From: Tubiluchus corallicola
Taxonomy: Eukaryota > Animalia > Priapulida
Assembly (NCBI GenBank): GCA_030141605.1
Contig: JAQGDQ010000426.1
Location: 135,798 to 199,797, forward strand
Direction: 5' to 3'
Length of the DNA stretch: 64,000 bases
A model generated the notes under the pieces. It saw only the letters and a list, made by a program, of their open reading frames with translations, ran no database searches and was not told the origin of the DNA. The position numbers and the translations under genes are program-made. Below, one piece after another: positions 1-12,928 of the stretch (its first letter is position 1; the number at the start of each line of letters is the position of its first letter).

Positions 1-14
1 TTCAGAATTTGCAT

Positions 15-717
15 CAGGGATGTTACCGAAATTAAATTTTCTGTTCAATTTGCCGATAATTGCACTTTTGGTTAAGTTTCGGTTTCGGTGATATTTATTA
101 AGTTTTGTAGCTGAAATTTCTGATAATTTTCTTAAGCATTTTTTAGAAGTTTCATTAGTATTTATCCAATTTACCTTTTCCTTTTTCATGGATGTCAAAA
201 AATGCTGAATAATCTTGGCTAAAATAGTTCAAATTTTCATTTACATAACAGTTTGTGACGTGCTTTTCTTAACAATGCGGTATATCTTCAGTAATGACCT
301 CTGTGAAGTTTTAGGGTCTCCAGGCCCAAACAACCAAAATAAGTTATGAAAGACAGGCAACAAGATATCTACGAAATGAAATATCTTTATTTTAATGAAG
401 CATTATGATCTTTAAACGTTAATCATTATGGATACTTGAATCCAAAAACATTGTAACACATTAATTTTTCTAATGTGAGCCACTCCATCAAACTCGAGGT
501 TCTATACTATAAAACATTTTTGTTTTTATCAATAATTTTGAATCACAGCAAATAAAAGCAGACAAACAAAAAACAAAATATTTTACTTATTTTAGATTTT
601 TTTCAGTTTTAATACTAGTTGGTTTTGCAAAAACGTTTCTGTTTGGTTTCGTTTCGGTGTCCGTTTCTTATGTTTGATAAATTTCAGTTTGTAAATTCAG
701 TTTCGGTAACATCCCTG
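15..717. mobile_element. Non-autonomous hAT-type MITE (probably within an intron of the kinase gene)
   Basis: Terminal inverted repeats CAGGGATGTTACCGAAA / TTTCGGTAACATCCCTG flanked by a perfect 8-bp direct repeat ATTTGCAT (7-14, 718-725); 8-bp TSD and CAGGG termini are typical of hAT. Confidence 0.85.
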
Positions 718-1461
718 ATTTGCATACAAATGTTGAACTGCTAACTGTATTGTCAGTTTCAAATGTTAGAACCACTATTTTGCAATTGTTTCGGTCTCTT
801 GTGGCTACGCTACACGTAAGATTTTCTTTTATTTCGATTGCATTTGGGCGAATGTAGTCAGAGGTGTATCAGTGCCCTTATTTTAACCTTTTTTTATCAT
901 TTAAACATTTGTGTTTTAAAATGTACAATGTACAATGTTCATAGACCATACAGGCTGATATTAAATTATTATTATTATGCCATATCAGTCAAATTGCATA
1001 GATAGTGAATTGCTTATTGTTGCCAGAATCCATTTTAAGCACATTTGTATTTGCTTTAAAAATTAAAATAGAGCATTGCACTCTTTCTGCATATGAACAA
1101 CTTACAACTTTGGCCTAGTAAAGGTCTTAGAATGATTTATTCATCACACAGACTGCATTGCATTTTTATACAATTTCAAAAAAGTTGAAATGAAATTAGC
1201 AAAAAATTCCACAATAACAAAAAAAGGGATTTTTCAATCTGTCACAGTGGATCTGTAATCTATTCCAGAAAAATTGCATTGCTTTTGTGACTGTTTTTCT
1301 TTTTTCCTTCTTACCCGAAGATTGTCCACGGTGCGGATGTAAGTGTCATGTGTTCTTTGTCTTTGTTGTGAAGGATAGTTTGTTAATTGCATAGTATCTA
1401 TTGTTGTCACTGAAAATCATTTCTGCATTATTAACAGATAAAGTCAGTTTAATACTATAAT

Positions 1462-1891
1462 CTTCTTCTTCTTCCCAGCTTTTCCCTGTTCGGGGTCACC
1501 GTTGTGAATGAGTCTTCTCCACGCATTCCTGTTGTTGACCATCTCTTCATTTATGTTCTTCTCTCTAAGGTCTCCATTAATACATTCAATGCATCTCCGC
1601 TTGGGTCGTCCTCTTCTTCTATTTCCATCCATCTCAACATCCTCATCTCCACCACATCCATTTTCTTCTCTTCAGTCTTCTTTAGAGAAGCTGCTTCCAG
1701 CCCATAGATTAGAGCGGGTCTGACCACTGCTTTGTGGACTTTACTTTTAAGTCTCACCGACTCATTCATAAAAGATTTTGGCACAGTTTTTACAGGCGGA
1801 TGCCCTTCCTGACCCTAACACTCCCTATTTATCCGGGCTTGGGACCGGCACTGAGTTGGGTTGGCTTGCCCCCCTCCCCAGTGGCTAGGTT
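1462..1891 (-). mobile_element. RTE-derived non-autonomous retroelement (twister-like head + RT C-terminal fragment + (GAA)n tail)
   Basis: 16-bp TSD AGTTTAATACTATAAT (1446-1461, 1892-1907); translated fragments KVHKAVVRPALIYGLE...EMRMLRW and RRRGRPKRR..NRNAWRRLI match RTE-clade ORF C-termini; GAA tail. Confidence 0.9.
1813..1891 (-). ncRNA. Twister-ribozyme-like 5' head (post-cleavage form; GAGGG mutated to GAGTG)
   Basis: AA-CCTA-GC-CACTG..CAGTG-CCGG-TCCC-AA-GC-CCGG-ATAAA-TAGG-GAGTG: P2, P3 and P4 stems and pseudoknot segments of the P1-type twister core. Confidence 0.7.
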
Positions 1892-2425
1892 AGTTTAATA
1901 CTATAATATTATAATAAATATATATTAAAAGATAAAATCAGTTTTATACTATAATATTATAGTATATATATATATATAGGGGTGTAAGCTCCCAGCTAGG
2001 TCCACCCGGACAACAATACATTTTGCTGCATTTTAAACCACTTTTCTCCCTTCTAGAAGCCATTTCCTCAAGAAAACTGACCAGTTTAGTACAGGTGTCA
2101 TCTCACCTTTGACTCAAAATTACGTATGAATCATTCATATACACTATACATGTATATGATTTACATAACTTTCATCTGTTTTCTTGTGATATATTATTTT
2201 TACAGATATAAGGCACCTTTAGGGTCTAACAAATCGTTCTAATGCTTGTAATTCAGAGAAAATATTAATTTGGTGTGTTGTAGCTGCTGCTGTGAAATGG
2301 AGGGCCCAGGCCCTTTGGGCCCACACCCTAAATCCACCAATGATATTATACATACTGTATATATACTATATAGTTATACAAGGTATCGTTCACAATAATT
2401 ATAATATTTTCCTTGGTTATAACAG

Positions 2426-2612
2426 GGTGTTAGCCACCTCGAGAAACATCCTCAGATCAAGTTCACGAAATCCGACCGTCTTGGATACTTGACCTTCTGC
2501 CCAACCAATTTGGGCACCACCCTTCGTGCCTCTGTGCATATCAAGCTACCAAAGACCTTGGACACGCCGGAAATGAAAGCTATTGTGGAAAAGCACGACC
2601 TCCAAGTCAGAG
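2426..2612 (+). CDS. Argk: Arginine kinase (ATP:guanido phosphotransferase), penultimate coding exon
   Basis: AG|..|GT bounded exon translating [62 protein letters not shown](G); contains the phosphagen kinase active-site signature CPTNLGT; phase-1 end matches the next exon. Confidence 0.95.
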
Positions 2613-2720
2613 GTACATTGATGTTTCGCTACTGTTATTTAGCGAATTATTTGTGTAATTTTTAGTGCAATAATTGACATACACAGTAACATAATTAGGT
2701 AATGAAAGATGAAAGGAACG

Positions 2721-2981
2721 AAGGTTTACAATTCCCCACGCAATTTAAATTAACCTAACTCTAACCCTAACCCCATTCCTCATCCTAACCCCAACCCTAA
2801 CCCCATTCCTCATCCTAGCCCTAACCCTAACCCCATTCCTCATCCTAACCCCAACCCTAACCCCATTTCTCATCCTAACCCTAACCCTAACCCCATCCTA
2901 ACCCCAACCCTAACCCCATTCCTCATCCTCACCCTAATCTCCCTCACCAGCTAATTTCTTGTGTGTGGGAATTGTAAACTT
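2721..2981. repeat. Telomere-like (CCCTAA/CCCCAT, ~30-bp unit) array bracketed by ~21-bp imperfect inverted repeats
   Basis: AAGGTTTACAATTCCCCACGCA ... TGTGTGGGAATTGTAAACTTT enclose about 6 units of ccctaaccccattcctcatcctaaccccaa. Confidence 0.7.
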
Positions 2982-3358
2982 TGGCCAACAAAAGATTGTT
3001 TTTTTTTAATTTAAACCATGTTTTTTTTCCATTAATTAGTTGTTTTTTTTTGCTTTGTGAATTTATAGTTAAACATGTCTGTGAAGTATGAAGTTTGTGG
3101 ACACAGCTTTGTTTTGCCTTATTTGATCTGCGTAGTTGGTTCTATTAGACTCGCCTATCAGCCAAAACTCATTCAGGCTCATTTTGTTTCTTGTAGACTA
3201 GAGGATTTCTGATTTCAAATTGTCCACGTGTGAATAGAAATCAGTTTATGCATTCACTGTGTGAAGCTGGCTTTAGCTGGTTAGACACCACCACAGATTT
3301 CACCAACTGCTGATTTCAGTTTTGGCAAACATGTCTATTCATCGTCTTTCGTTTTCAG

Positions 3359-3501
3359 GCACCATGGGCGAACACACCGAGACAAAGGGAGGTCTGGTAG
3401 ACGTGTCAAACAAGCGTCGTCTTGGTCTGACAGAGTACGATGCAGTCAAGGCTATGTATGACGGCATCAAAGCCCTGATCGCACTCGAAGAGAAGAAGTA
3501 A
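3359..3501 (+). CDS. Argk: Arginine kinase, last coding exon
   Basis: ttttcag acceptor; translates (G)[46 protein letters not shown]; GEH and [11 protein letters not shown] motifs of arginine kinases; AATAAA at 3907-3912. Confidence 0.95.
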
Positions 3502-6500
3502 ACGAACCCCGTGTTCAACGAACGTTTTTTGTTGCTTTTTACTCCCCGTACAATAATGGCGTCCAGAAATAATTGGCAAAAAACTAATTGCGTTGATAAT
3601 TTTCTGTGAGCAAACCATACATAGTTTCAGACTCTAGTACTGACGTTTCTTAATGGTTTTAGTGCAATAATTTATTGTTTTTCTCTTTTATTCTCTGCAT
3701 TATTGTGGAAATTCGAAAACGCACAATTTCGAGCAGCAAATTAAATTTTAGCAAGAACATTCATTTTATACTATGCAATTATGGTTAAGATTCTCAGTTG
3801 TATTGTGATTATTAGGAGGGAAATCATCTGTATTCTATTGTTACTCTTTTACCAATATAAGTTATCATTAATCCGTACTCCGGATGTGTTAGTGTGTATA
3901 TAAGTCAATAAAATACATGACAGAGTGGAAGATACTTGTTTTCAGTGTTTCCACTGAAACCTACATAATTGTATTAAAATCCTCATACTGGACAATTAAT
4001 GCTAAGGTAAAGAATCTATTAGACAATATGCCTACATGTATTTCCCTAATTTGACAGTATTGTTCTAACATTACATGTATTACAGGTGTAACACCTTGAC
4101 ACAGCTGCTAAAATGATTGACAATTGCAGTACAACATATTAAACACTAGCAACTGAGTTTTTTCTACATTTGTAAATTGCTACTTGTCGCATGCCAAAAC
4201 AAATTAGTAAATTTCAATTTTGAATTTCTTTGAGTTCTGAAGCGATGTAAAGCATTGGTTTCAAAAAGCATTGCTACAAGTGAACTTCTGTTAAAATAAT
4301 TTGGTGCTTTTTGAATGCAATGTTTTTCGCTGATAATTAAACTAGAATTACAAAATATGTAATTCTGATCCGTGTGATTCTGACCGTGAAAACGTGCTAT
4401 TTAAGAAAAATAAATTGGAAACAGAAAACAGAACAGAGACCCCAAACGACAATTTTCGCACTTTCTGCTTTTCCCATAATTACCAAGGTGGAGACTAATT
4501 AGCATAATGTTCGTTTTAAACATGCATATCAGAGATTGATACTTTTTACAAGCAAATAATTAGTTACTTTCTAAGCTGACACTCAGCACTACACGACAGT
4601 GCCTGCTCAATGTGCAATCTTTGTGGTAAGACGGCAATTTAGATTTAGCACATTCCGTTATCACTCGTCTATACAGTAGTCAGTCTTAGCCCAAAATACT
4701 GCTGGTAGTGCGCTAACATCAATGCTTTTATGATAAAGCATGCTAATAAATTTGCATTAAGGAACTAAAACTGCATGCCCACTTGAATAACTGTAATTTG
4801 GCAATATAATGTGCGCAGAAGAGTGAGGTATTCCGCTAACACAGAAATAGAAAACCTGCAGCACATGTTTATCGGTGCATAACACCGTGCTGCCATCTGG
4901 AGAACGATTTATAGAACAAAGAGCAAAAATACGTTTTCACGAACAGACAAACTTCATCTGATTATAATCAGTTACTCATTTAAAAAAATAAATTGGGGGA
5001 ATGTGTCCTCATTTAGACCCAACGTTCAAGCGTTTTACAAACTGACAAAAGTTTGACGACAGACGAGTTGAAGGAAATGTTTTATTTTCCCAACACAGAT
5101 GGTGTACCCCCCACCCCCCAGAAAAAAATTCATCCCAAAACTGTAAAAATATGGAAATTAACAGGTGACAAGAGCCAAGAAAAGAAAAAAAAAATTGATG
5201 GAGTTGCAAATCGTCTCTTCTGTTTTACCACTTAAAGGCGGTCTACTTAGGCCTGCGTACATGTTAACGTCAGCTGTAACGGAACGTTATTGACGCTATA
5301 TTAACGTAATGTAATGTTATGATTTCTTGTAACCAGAAACTGAGTTTCGGGAAATTCTAATTAGCAATATAGTCCGAAAATTAAACGAGTTTGATGTGAA
5401 TAATTATGTATTCTTTCTCGGTCTGTCTGTGGTACTAACGGTATGAAGTTTAATTCACAGACCTATGGAACATTTGAAGAGCAAAATATGGTGCAGGTTA
5501 CTGTATTTAGGGTTTTTTTTCATTACGACCGCCACTTTGATAATTTTCAAAATGTCGGAAAACAACATTACATTGCTCCAACATAAAGCGATACTAGACA
5601 ACCATGGATGCGATTTATTTCATTTTACGGCAGCAAAGGGTTTTCAGACACCAATATCCAACTTTTTTTACAAACAATATCAAGACTTAGTCTCTATTGA
5701 TATTTTGACAACTGAGATAAATTTTAAAAAAGGAATTTAAAACATATGCCACTCCAACTAATTAGAGACGGATATTGAAACGCCTTCTCACAGTAAGACT
5801 CAAAACAAACACTAAAGTAGACGAGTTCAAAAGACTTTAGGGCTAATCCTGTTAAAAGGAATTGCAAATCCCCGTTGGCTAAGATCGCCAGGTAGACACA
5901 CAATCCATTAACGTCACTTTATGCTGTTGACAGGGACTAAAAAAAATTATTTCGACAAAAAGCTAAACTCGTGTTAGAAAAGATGTGGAAAGTCCAGTTA
6001 CGTAGAACTTAAATATGATTTTGTTGGGAAAAACTGATTTGGGAACGCTTTTAAATATTAAAAGGGGAGTACAGCAAATTTTAATACCTTTCATCACTTT
6101 TCATACGTTTCAACTCACTGCAAGCAAAGAGAAACGGTTGACTATTATAGTGAATGAGTATGCGATCACATTATAACTTGCAAATTTTAATTCGTCTGTA
6201 ATCTAATCTGTAATCTTTGCACGTGCATTAGCCAAGTATCCAACAAATAAACTATACCACATAATTATAACTGTAACTAATATAATAATGGCTGAGGAAA
6301 GATAAGCATTTTATAAATTAGCGGTTATTGTACACTATGACACGCCTGCAAACAACACCGATCAACAAGGCCTGCTTATAAAAATTATCTTAGTTTTGAC
6401 TTTATTAAAAATTGTCTTCTCAAACGAGACATGGCAGTGGCGTCTGGCTAAAAATTATGAAGTATTGTCTTCTCAAACGAGGCATGGTAGTGGTGTCTGG

Positions 6501-7625
6501 CTAAAAATTATGAAGTCCCATCTTCTAAATAAAGCCGCAGAGGCTGGTGCAATGTACATCCTCGCATCTTCCGCTGCCCAACTCAGCAGAAGACAACCTA
6601 ACAAATGCTTGTATCAGTTGTACGTTTGTTAGCGGCTCTCTTACTAGGTCAGAAACGCCTATAGAAGAAAATAGAATTCTTATACAGTTGAAAAGTTGAA
6701 GCAACTGTTGCAGTCGCAGCTTACAATGATATTAGAGACAAAAGATGCGATCATACATCAAGTAGTAAGTGAGAAATTTGATCGCTTATAAATAATATAA
6801 ATAAACTTGTGTTTTGCACACTATCAGTTTTTCTTTCATCATAACTATACAGTTTGGGTTTTATAGAGGGCTAACCGAAGCGTTCACGCTACGGCGTGAA
6901 ACACTGTAAATTATGCGATTGATATTCAATGCAAGATTTCAAAGTATCGTTTTCTAATTGTATGCCATCTTGTCATTTAAAATTTAGTTCTTACAGGTCA
7001 GAGTTTTATTTTTGCGACGGCCACTTTGACAGTTTATAAAATAGACAAACTTGGACAGGACTTATTTCATTTTAGAACTACGTACGTTTTGCAGCAAATG
7101 GTTTTCAGACACTAATATCCAGATTTTTTAACAACAACATTTAGTTTTTATTGATATTTCGACAAACGACTTAAACTTTAAAAGAGGAATTAAAACATAT
7201 GCCACTCCAACTAATTGCACCCTTTGCAAAATGTTGTGTCACCGTCAACGCCATACGTGAATCAAAGAGGACATATGCCCTCTCAAACAAGTTGCAGTCA
7301 CCATTTTGCTACGAAGACAAGTCTGGCGTTTTACTTTGGAATCTCTTTGTAAAGAAATCTTGGTTTTCAGTACACTTAAGATAAAACTTAACGAAAAGTG
7401 AAACCTAAATGGAGTACACAAAAATTCTGCAAACAATGATCAGACAGAGAGGCTCGTACTTTTAAATTTTTTTGTATGAAGTTGTTCTCAATTAAGGCAC
7501 TTAATTCAGAGTGTGATGTAAAAAACATCTTAGCATCTTGCCCATGTGAATTTAAAGAAAAGATATACAACAACGCAACTAATGCTTACAATTGTTAATG
7601 TTTTAACACCTTCATTTTATCTATT

Positions 7626-10600
7626 TCACTTCGTTAAGCTGTCTTTTAATTTTGACAAAGTTTTTTGAATGTGGTCAAGTACGCCATCGCCATCGGCGTC
7701 TAAGTCATATCTGTCCGGTATACCATCTCCATCTTTATCCTGTTTGTGATCAGGTACACCGTCACCATCATGGTCATCATCTAAATGGTCCGGAATGCCA
7801 TCCTTGTCCAAATCTTCATGCACATCTAAAATGCCATCATTGTCGTCATCATGATCATGAATATCTAGGATGCCATCACCATCTGTATCGCGATGAGCAT
7901 CGGTTTTGCCATCACCATCTGCGTCCAAATCCCACCTATCTGGAATGCCATCTTTGTCTTTATCTTGTAAATGATCTAGTATGCCATCACCATCATGGTC
8001 TTTGTCAAGACTATCAGGTATTCCATCCTTGTCAGTGTCCTGGTGAACATCGAGAATACCGTCACCATCAGCATCTGCATCCCATCTATCTGGTATCCCA
8101 TCTTTATCGGCATCTTGATGCATGTCCAAAATGCCGTCACCATCATAGTCACTGTCCAAATGATCTGGTATACCGTCGCCGTCAGTATCTTCTGCCTTAT
8201 CTGGCTGGCCATCTCCATCATGGTCAAAATCATCATGTGTATCAATTATTCCATCTCCATCATGATCATGGTCCCATCGATCAGGAATGTTATCTCCATC
8301 AGCGTCTTTCAGAAAGTCTAGAATTCCATCACCATCATGATCAGCATCCAATGAGTCTGGAATACCATCAGAATCTTTATCTTGCAGTCTATCCAGTATT
8401 CCATCTCCATCAGCATCTATATCCCAGCGGTCTGGGATTCCATCACGATCACTGTCCTTTAATCTGTCGGGTATGCCGTCACCATCATAATCTTCATCAA
8501 CATTGTCTGGTATTCCATCACTGTCATGATCTTCCAAATGATCAGGTATGCCATCGTTATCATCATCAGTATCTACACAATCCGGAATTCCGTCTTGATC
8601 AAAATCTAATTTGTGATCATCACAGTATTTATCTCCATCACTATCATGGTCCCACCTATCTGGAATGCCATCATTGTCACGATCCTCATCTTTGTCTAAT
8701 ATGCCATTTCCATCTGCATCTGCATCTAAACTACTGATGATTCCATCATTATCGCGGTCTTGTATAGAATCAAGTATATAATCCCCATCTTTGTCAATAT
8801 CCCACCTGTCTGGAATGTTATCTCCATCTAAATCTTCTAACTTGTCTAAAATTCCATCACCATCATAATCAGGATCCATATAGTCTGGAATTTTGTCGCC
8901 ATCTCTATCTGTTAATCTGTCCTGTTTTCCATCTTGGTTTGCATCATTGTCCCATCTATCAGGTATACCATCATTATCACCATCCTCATTATTGTCGGGA
9001 ATGCCATCATTGTCAAAATCTGAATCTTTGTAATCAGGAATGGAATCATCATCTGTGTCCCAATCTTTGTCAGGTATACCATCACCATCTGCATCTCTAT
9101 CCCATCGATCAGGAATGTCATCTCCATCCATGTCCTCATCTTTATCTGGAATACCATTTCCATTAGCATCTTGATCTATACTATTAGGAATGCCATCCTG
9201 ATCATCATCTTGAAGGTAATCAGGAATTCCATCATTATCAGCATCTATATCCCATCGATCAGGAATACCATCTTTATCTAAGTCTTCAAGTAAATCTAAA
9301 ATTCCGTTTCCATCCATATCTGGGTCATATTTATCTGGTATGCCATCTCTATCTGCATCTTCTGTATTATCAAGTTTGTTATCTCCATCATAATCACGGT
9401 CACGTTTATCAGGAACACCATCATTGTCCATGTCATATTCATTATCAGGAACTCCATCGCCATTAACATCAATGTCCCATCGATCGGGAATTCCATCTTT
9501 ATCTTTGTCTTCAAGTTTGTCAAGGATACCATTTCCATCAAAGTCGGCATCAAGCTTATCTGGAATACCATCCTTATCTAAATCCTGCAGATAATCTGGG
9601 ATGCCATCCCCATCAGCATCTCTATCATATCTGTCAGGAATTCCGTCCCCATCACTATCTTCATTGAAGTCAATGATACCATCACCATCTGAATCGGAAT
9701 CTTTGTAATCAGGTATACCATCTCGATCTCTGTCATGAAGTAAATCTTTCTTTCCATCACCATCTGCATCAGAATCCCATCTGTCTGGTATACCATCATT
9801 GTCTTTATCTTCTTGCCAATCAATAATTTTGTTGCCATCGTAGTCACTGTCCCACAAGTCTGGAATGCCATCATGGTCTGTATCTTCTATTAGATCAATA
9901 ACACCATCTCCATCAGCATCAGCATCGAGGCTATCAGGAATCCCATCACTATCCATGTCCTTGATTGTATCAGGAATTCCCTTTCCTGATGGGTCTACGT
10001 CCCAACGATCTGGTATGTTATCTTTGTCAGCATCCTCGTATTTGTCTATTTTTCCATTATTATCATAGTTAGCATCCATCCAGTCAGGTACACCATCTTC
10101 GTCAAAGTCCTGAAATTTGTCGAGAATATTGTCGTTATTTGCATCAATATCCCATCTATCAGGAATTTTGTCGTCATCAAAATCTAGTTGGCTATCAATA
10201 ATTCCATCACCATCATAATCTGGATCAAGGTAGTCAGGAATACCATCTTTATCGAGGTCTTCAGCAGTATCTGGAATACCATCATTGTCATCATCAGGAT
10301 CTTTACAGTCTGGTATACCATCTTTATCTGTATCTACATGACTGCAGTCATTAGTATCATGGTCCCAGCGATCTGGGATTCCATCTTTGTCGGAATCTTC
10401 TAAATAATCTAGTATACCATTACCATCATAGTCAGGATCTAAGCTATCTGGTATGCCATCATTGTCTTTATCTTGTTTTCTGTCCATAATGCCATCACCG
10501 TCTGCATCCATGTCCCAACGATCAGGTGTTCCATCACCATCAGAATCTTTGTGTATATCTAATATACCATCTCCATCAAAGTCAGCATCTAAATGATCTG

Positions 10601-11212
10601 GAATTGAGTCTTTATCTAGATCTTCTTTTCTGTCTGGTATTCCGTCACCATCTGAGTCATGATTTTCAGGCAAATCCCATATGCCATCTGCATTGTAGTC
10701 GTGATCCCATCTGTCTGGAATTCCATCTTTGTCTTGATCTTCTAGATGATCAGCAATACCATCCCCATCAAAATCTGGATCAATTCTATCCGGAATTCCA
10801 TCTTTATCATAATCTTGTTTCCAGTCATCAATGCCATCACCATCTGCATCATGGTCCCACCTGTCTGGAATTCCATCTCCGTCTGCATCTTCTAAATGAT
10901 CAGGAATACCATTGCCATCATAGTCTGAATCAAGATGATCTGGAATACCGTCATTATCAGTGTCTTCTAGTCTATCAGGTATGCCATCACCATCAAGGTC
11001 GGAATCGTGGTGTAAATCAAGTACTCCATCACCATCATGATCTAAATCCCATCGGTCAGGAATGCCATCATTGTCAGCATCCTCCTTATAATCGGGAATA
11101 CCATCACCATCGATATCATGATCGTGGATATCTAAAATACCATCTTTGTCTATATCATGATGCTTTTTATCTTCTACGTCATTGTAAGAGTATTGTGATG
11201 CATCATTCAGTT
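7626..11212 (-). CDS. Secreted/luminal Asp-rich TSP type-3-like (DxDxDG) repeat protein, exon 2 (3587 nt)
   Basis: Uninterrupted ORF of ~1195 codons made of D-x-D-x-D-G-[IV]-[PL]-D units; tatttcag acceptor at 11213 in phase 1 (G+AA = Glu, ELNDASQYSY...); ends IQKTLSKLKDSLTK*. Confidence 0.93.
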
Positions 11213-12270
11213 CTGAAATAATAGAACAAAAAACAATCATTAGATGCAACATTAGAGGCTAGCCAAGACCCGGCAAAAGATTTTACTCATAAACGCCAAT
11301 AATGCGCAAGCATGCTACATAGTGTTCGTTTATTATCTACGCACTTAAAAATAATCTGTTAGATATTACCATTAACGCAAACCCAGCAGAATGGAATGAC
11401 GTCAGAGCAATGCAAGCGTCAACGAGAATCGCCCGAAATGGAGCTTCCGAAAAACTCCTCTTGGCGAATGTTTCCCCAAAAGCGACTCACATAAACGTGT
11501 AGCCCTATCCCCCTCTTTCCAAATAGCTGCAGATCTTCCTCCCAGACCCCAATCAGGTGCCGCTGGGACGTTTTTTCTACAGTGTGTTCTTCTAAAAGTT
11601 CCAAAAAATCGGATAGATGTGTCGGGAAAAACGAGCGTTGAGAAAAGTCGTGGGTTTGAACTTGCCATCAAACTATTATGAGCACTATTATACCGCGTGA
11701 GAAACAAGAGGTATAAATTTTCGCCCCTCCGTTCCTCCCGGTGTCCCGGATTCGAAAAATGAACCATCAACGAGGCGACATTTGATCGAGAATTTTCGTT
11801 TGTAATATAGAACACCGCAAATGATGCAATCATTAAAACTGTAGCCTCAAGTCTTGTATATAAAAAACGTGCCATACCACAGATATTAATATTATAGAAG
11901 ATTTAGATGTAAAACCCAATTTTTTGTTTCGTTTTTTTTGGTGAAATGAAACACCCTTATTTTGGTAGAAAAAGAACTGTTGCTCAATGAACCTTAACAG
12001 CCTAATTTAAACGCTACAAGAACGTTTAGGAAAGACTAGTTGCAAGAAATCTTCGTTGTATAAATTCACGTAACTCAATCACACTTTTGACAATAATACC
12101 CGTTTATATTATTTATTTTTATTGTGTTTAATGCTTCACAAATTGACTAATGACTGGCAAAAAGATGTGATTAAAAGTTCATCTCAACCTGGAATCGACC
12201 ACGCTCTGTTTGCAAGTCAAATCCTCTTTCTAATAACAATCAATTCGTTCAACGCTTTCAGCCACTGTAG

Positions 12271-12318
12271 CACAGTTTAAACAATAGTCTAACATGTAAT
12301 ACTATTGTTTAAACTGTG
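12271..12318. mobile_element. 48-bp mini-MITE / hairpin insertion
   Basis: Perfect 18-bp inverted repeat CACAGTTTAAACAATAGT / ACTATTGTTTAAACTGTG flanked by 7-bp direct repeat ACTGTAG (12264-12270, 12319-12325). Confidence 0.65.
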
Positions 12319-12858
12319 ACTGTAGTGTATAAGATAGCTTTATTTGTTAACAAACTGGACGCAAACGTCATCGGTTAATCGCTTAAATGAAAAAGACTGA
12401 CTATCACAGCGTGACATAATCAATGTGAAAAAAACGGAAGCGGAAATAATCCCTGTGTCGAATTAAGAAACCAGAAACCAAGATTTTAGTTTCGTGAAAA
12501 GAACGGTTTTTACCAAGGCTGTTTTTACCGCGAAAGATCTTGAAGACTGCAGTAGCATGCATGGCAGACTATATTTATTTGTTATTTGTTTTATTCACTC
12601 TCCTCATATACACAAATTACAAAAAATACATATTTAATATAGAAATTTGGCATAAAGACTACACATTACTCAAAATAAATATCTAAATAGCATTTCAAAA
12701 ATTTTGTGCATGACTAGAGAAAGGGAATGGTCTGCACAACGTAGGCCTACATAAACCTGTATAAACGTTGATCAGCAAATTCTAAAATGCATTCACACCT
12801 TTATAGGTTAGTAAAATGAGTACCTCTCACTGATCTGTAAAATGAATATCATACTCAC

Positions 12859-12928
12859 CTTGAGCAAATGTCAGATGAGCTGCATTCCAAAGAGCGGAAA
12901 TGCATAAAAAACAAAGCATTAACTTCAT
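12859..12928 (-). CDS. Secreted DxDxDG-repeat protein, exon 1 (signal peptide)
   Basis: MKLMLCFLCISALWNAAHLTFAQ + G|GTGAGT canonical donor; 70 nt, phase 1, matching the acceptor at 11212; basic N-region, hydrophobic core and T-F-A small-residue cleavage pattern. Confidence 0.85.

Noticed and set aside
5625-7215. ~140-bp sequence present at ~5625-5763 and ~7085-7215, and the 91-aa ORF at 5465
   Set aside because: Looks like an ordinary dispersed repeat fragment; the ORF has no recognisable features.
7652-11221. His/Met-rich ORFs on the + strand and alternative - frames over the first repeat gene
   Set aside because: Shadow frames of the Asp/Gly codon repeats (GAT/GGT read antisense); no independent coding signal.
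11213-11252. ORF-track N-terminus MLHLMIVFCSIIS
   Set aside because: Intronic polypyrimidine tract upstream of the acceptor; a better signal-peptide exon exists at 12859-12928.
11402-11875. 157-aa minus-strand ORF in a GC-richer intronic patch
   Set aside because: No recognisable motif or splice context; probably a repeat remnant, left unresolved.
12180-12225. Box-B-like GGTCGATTCC on the minus strand suggesting a tRNA
   Set aside because: No cloverleaf or box A could be built; at most a SINE remnant.
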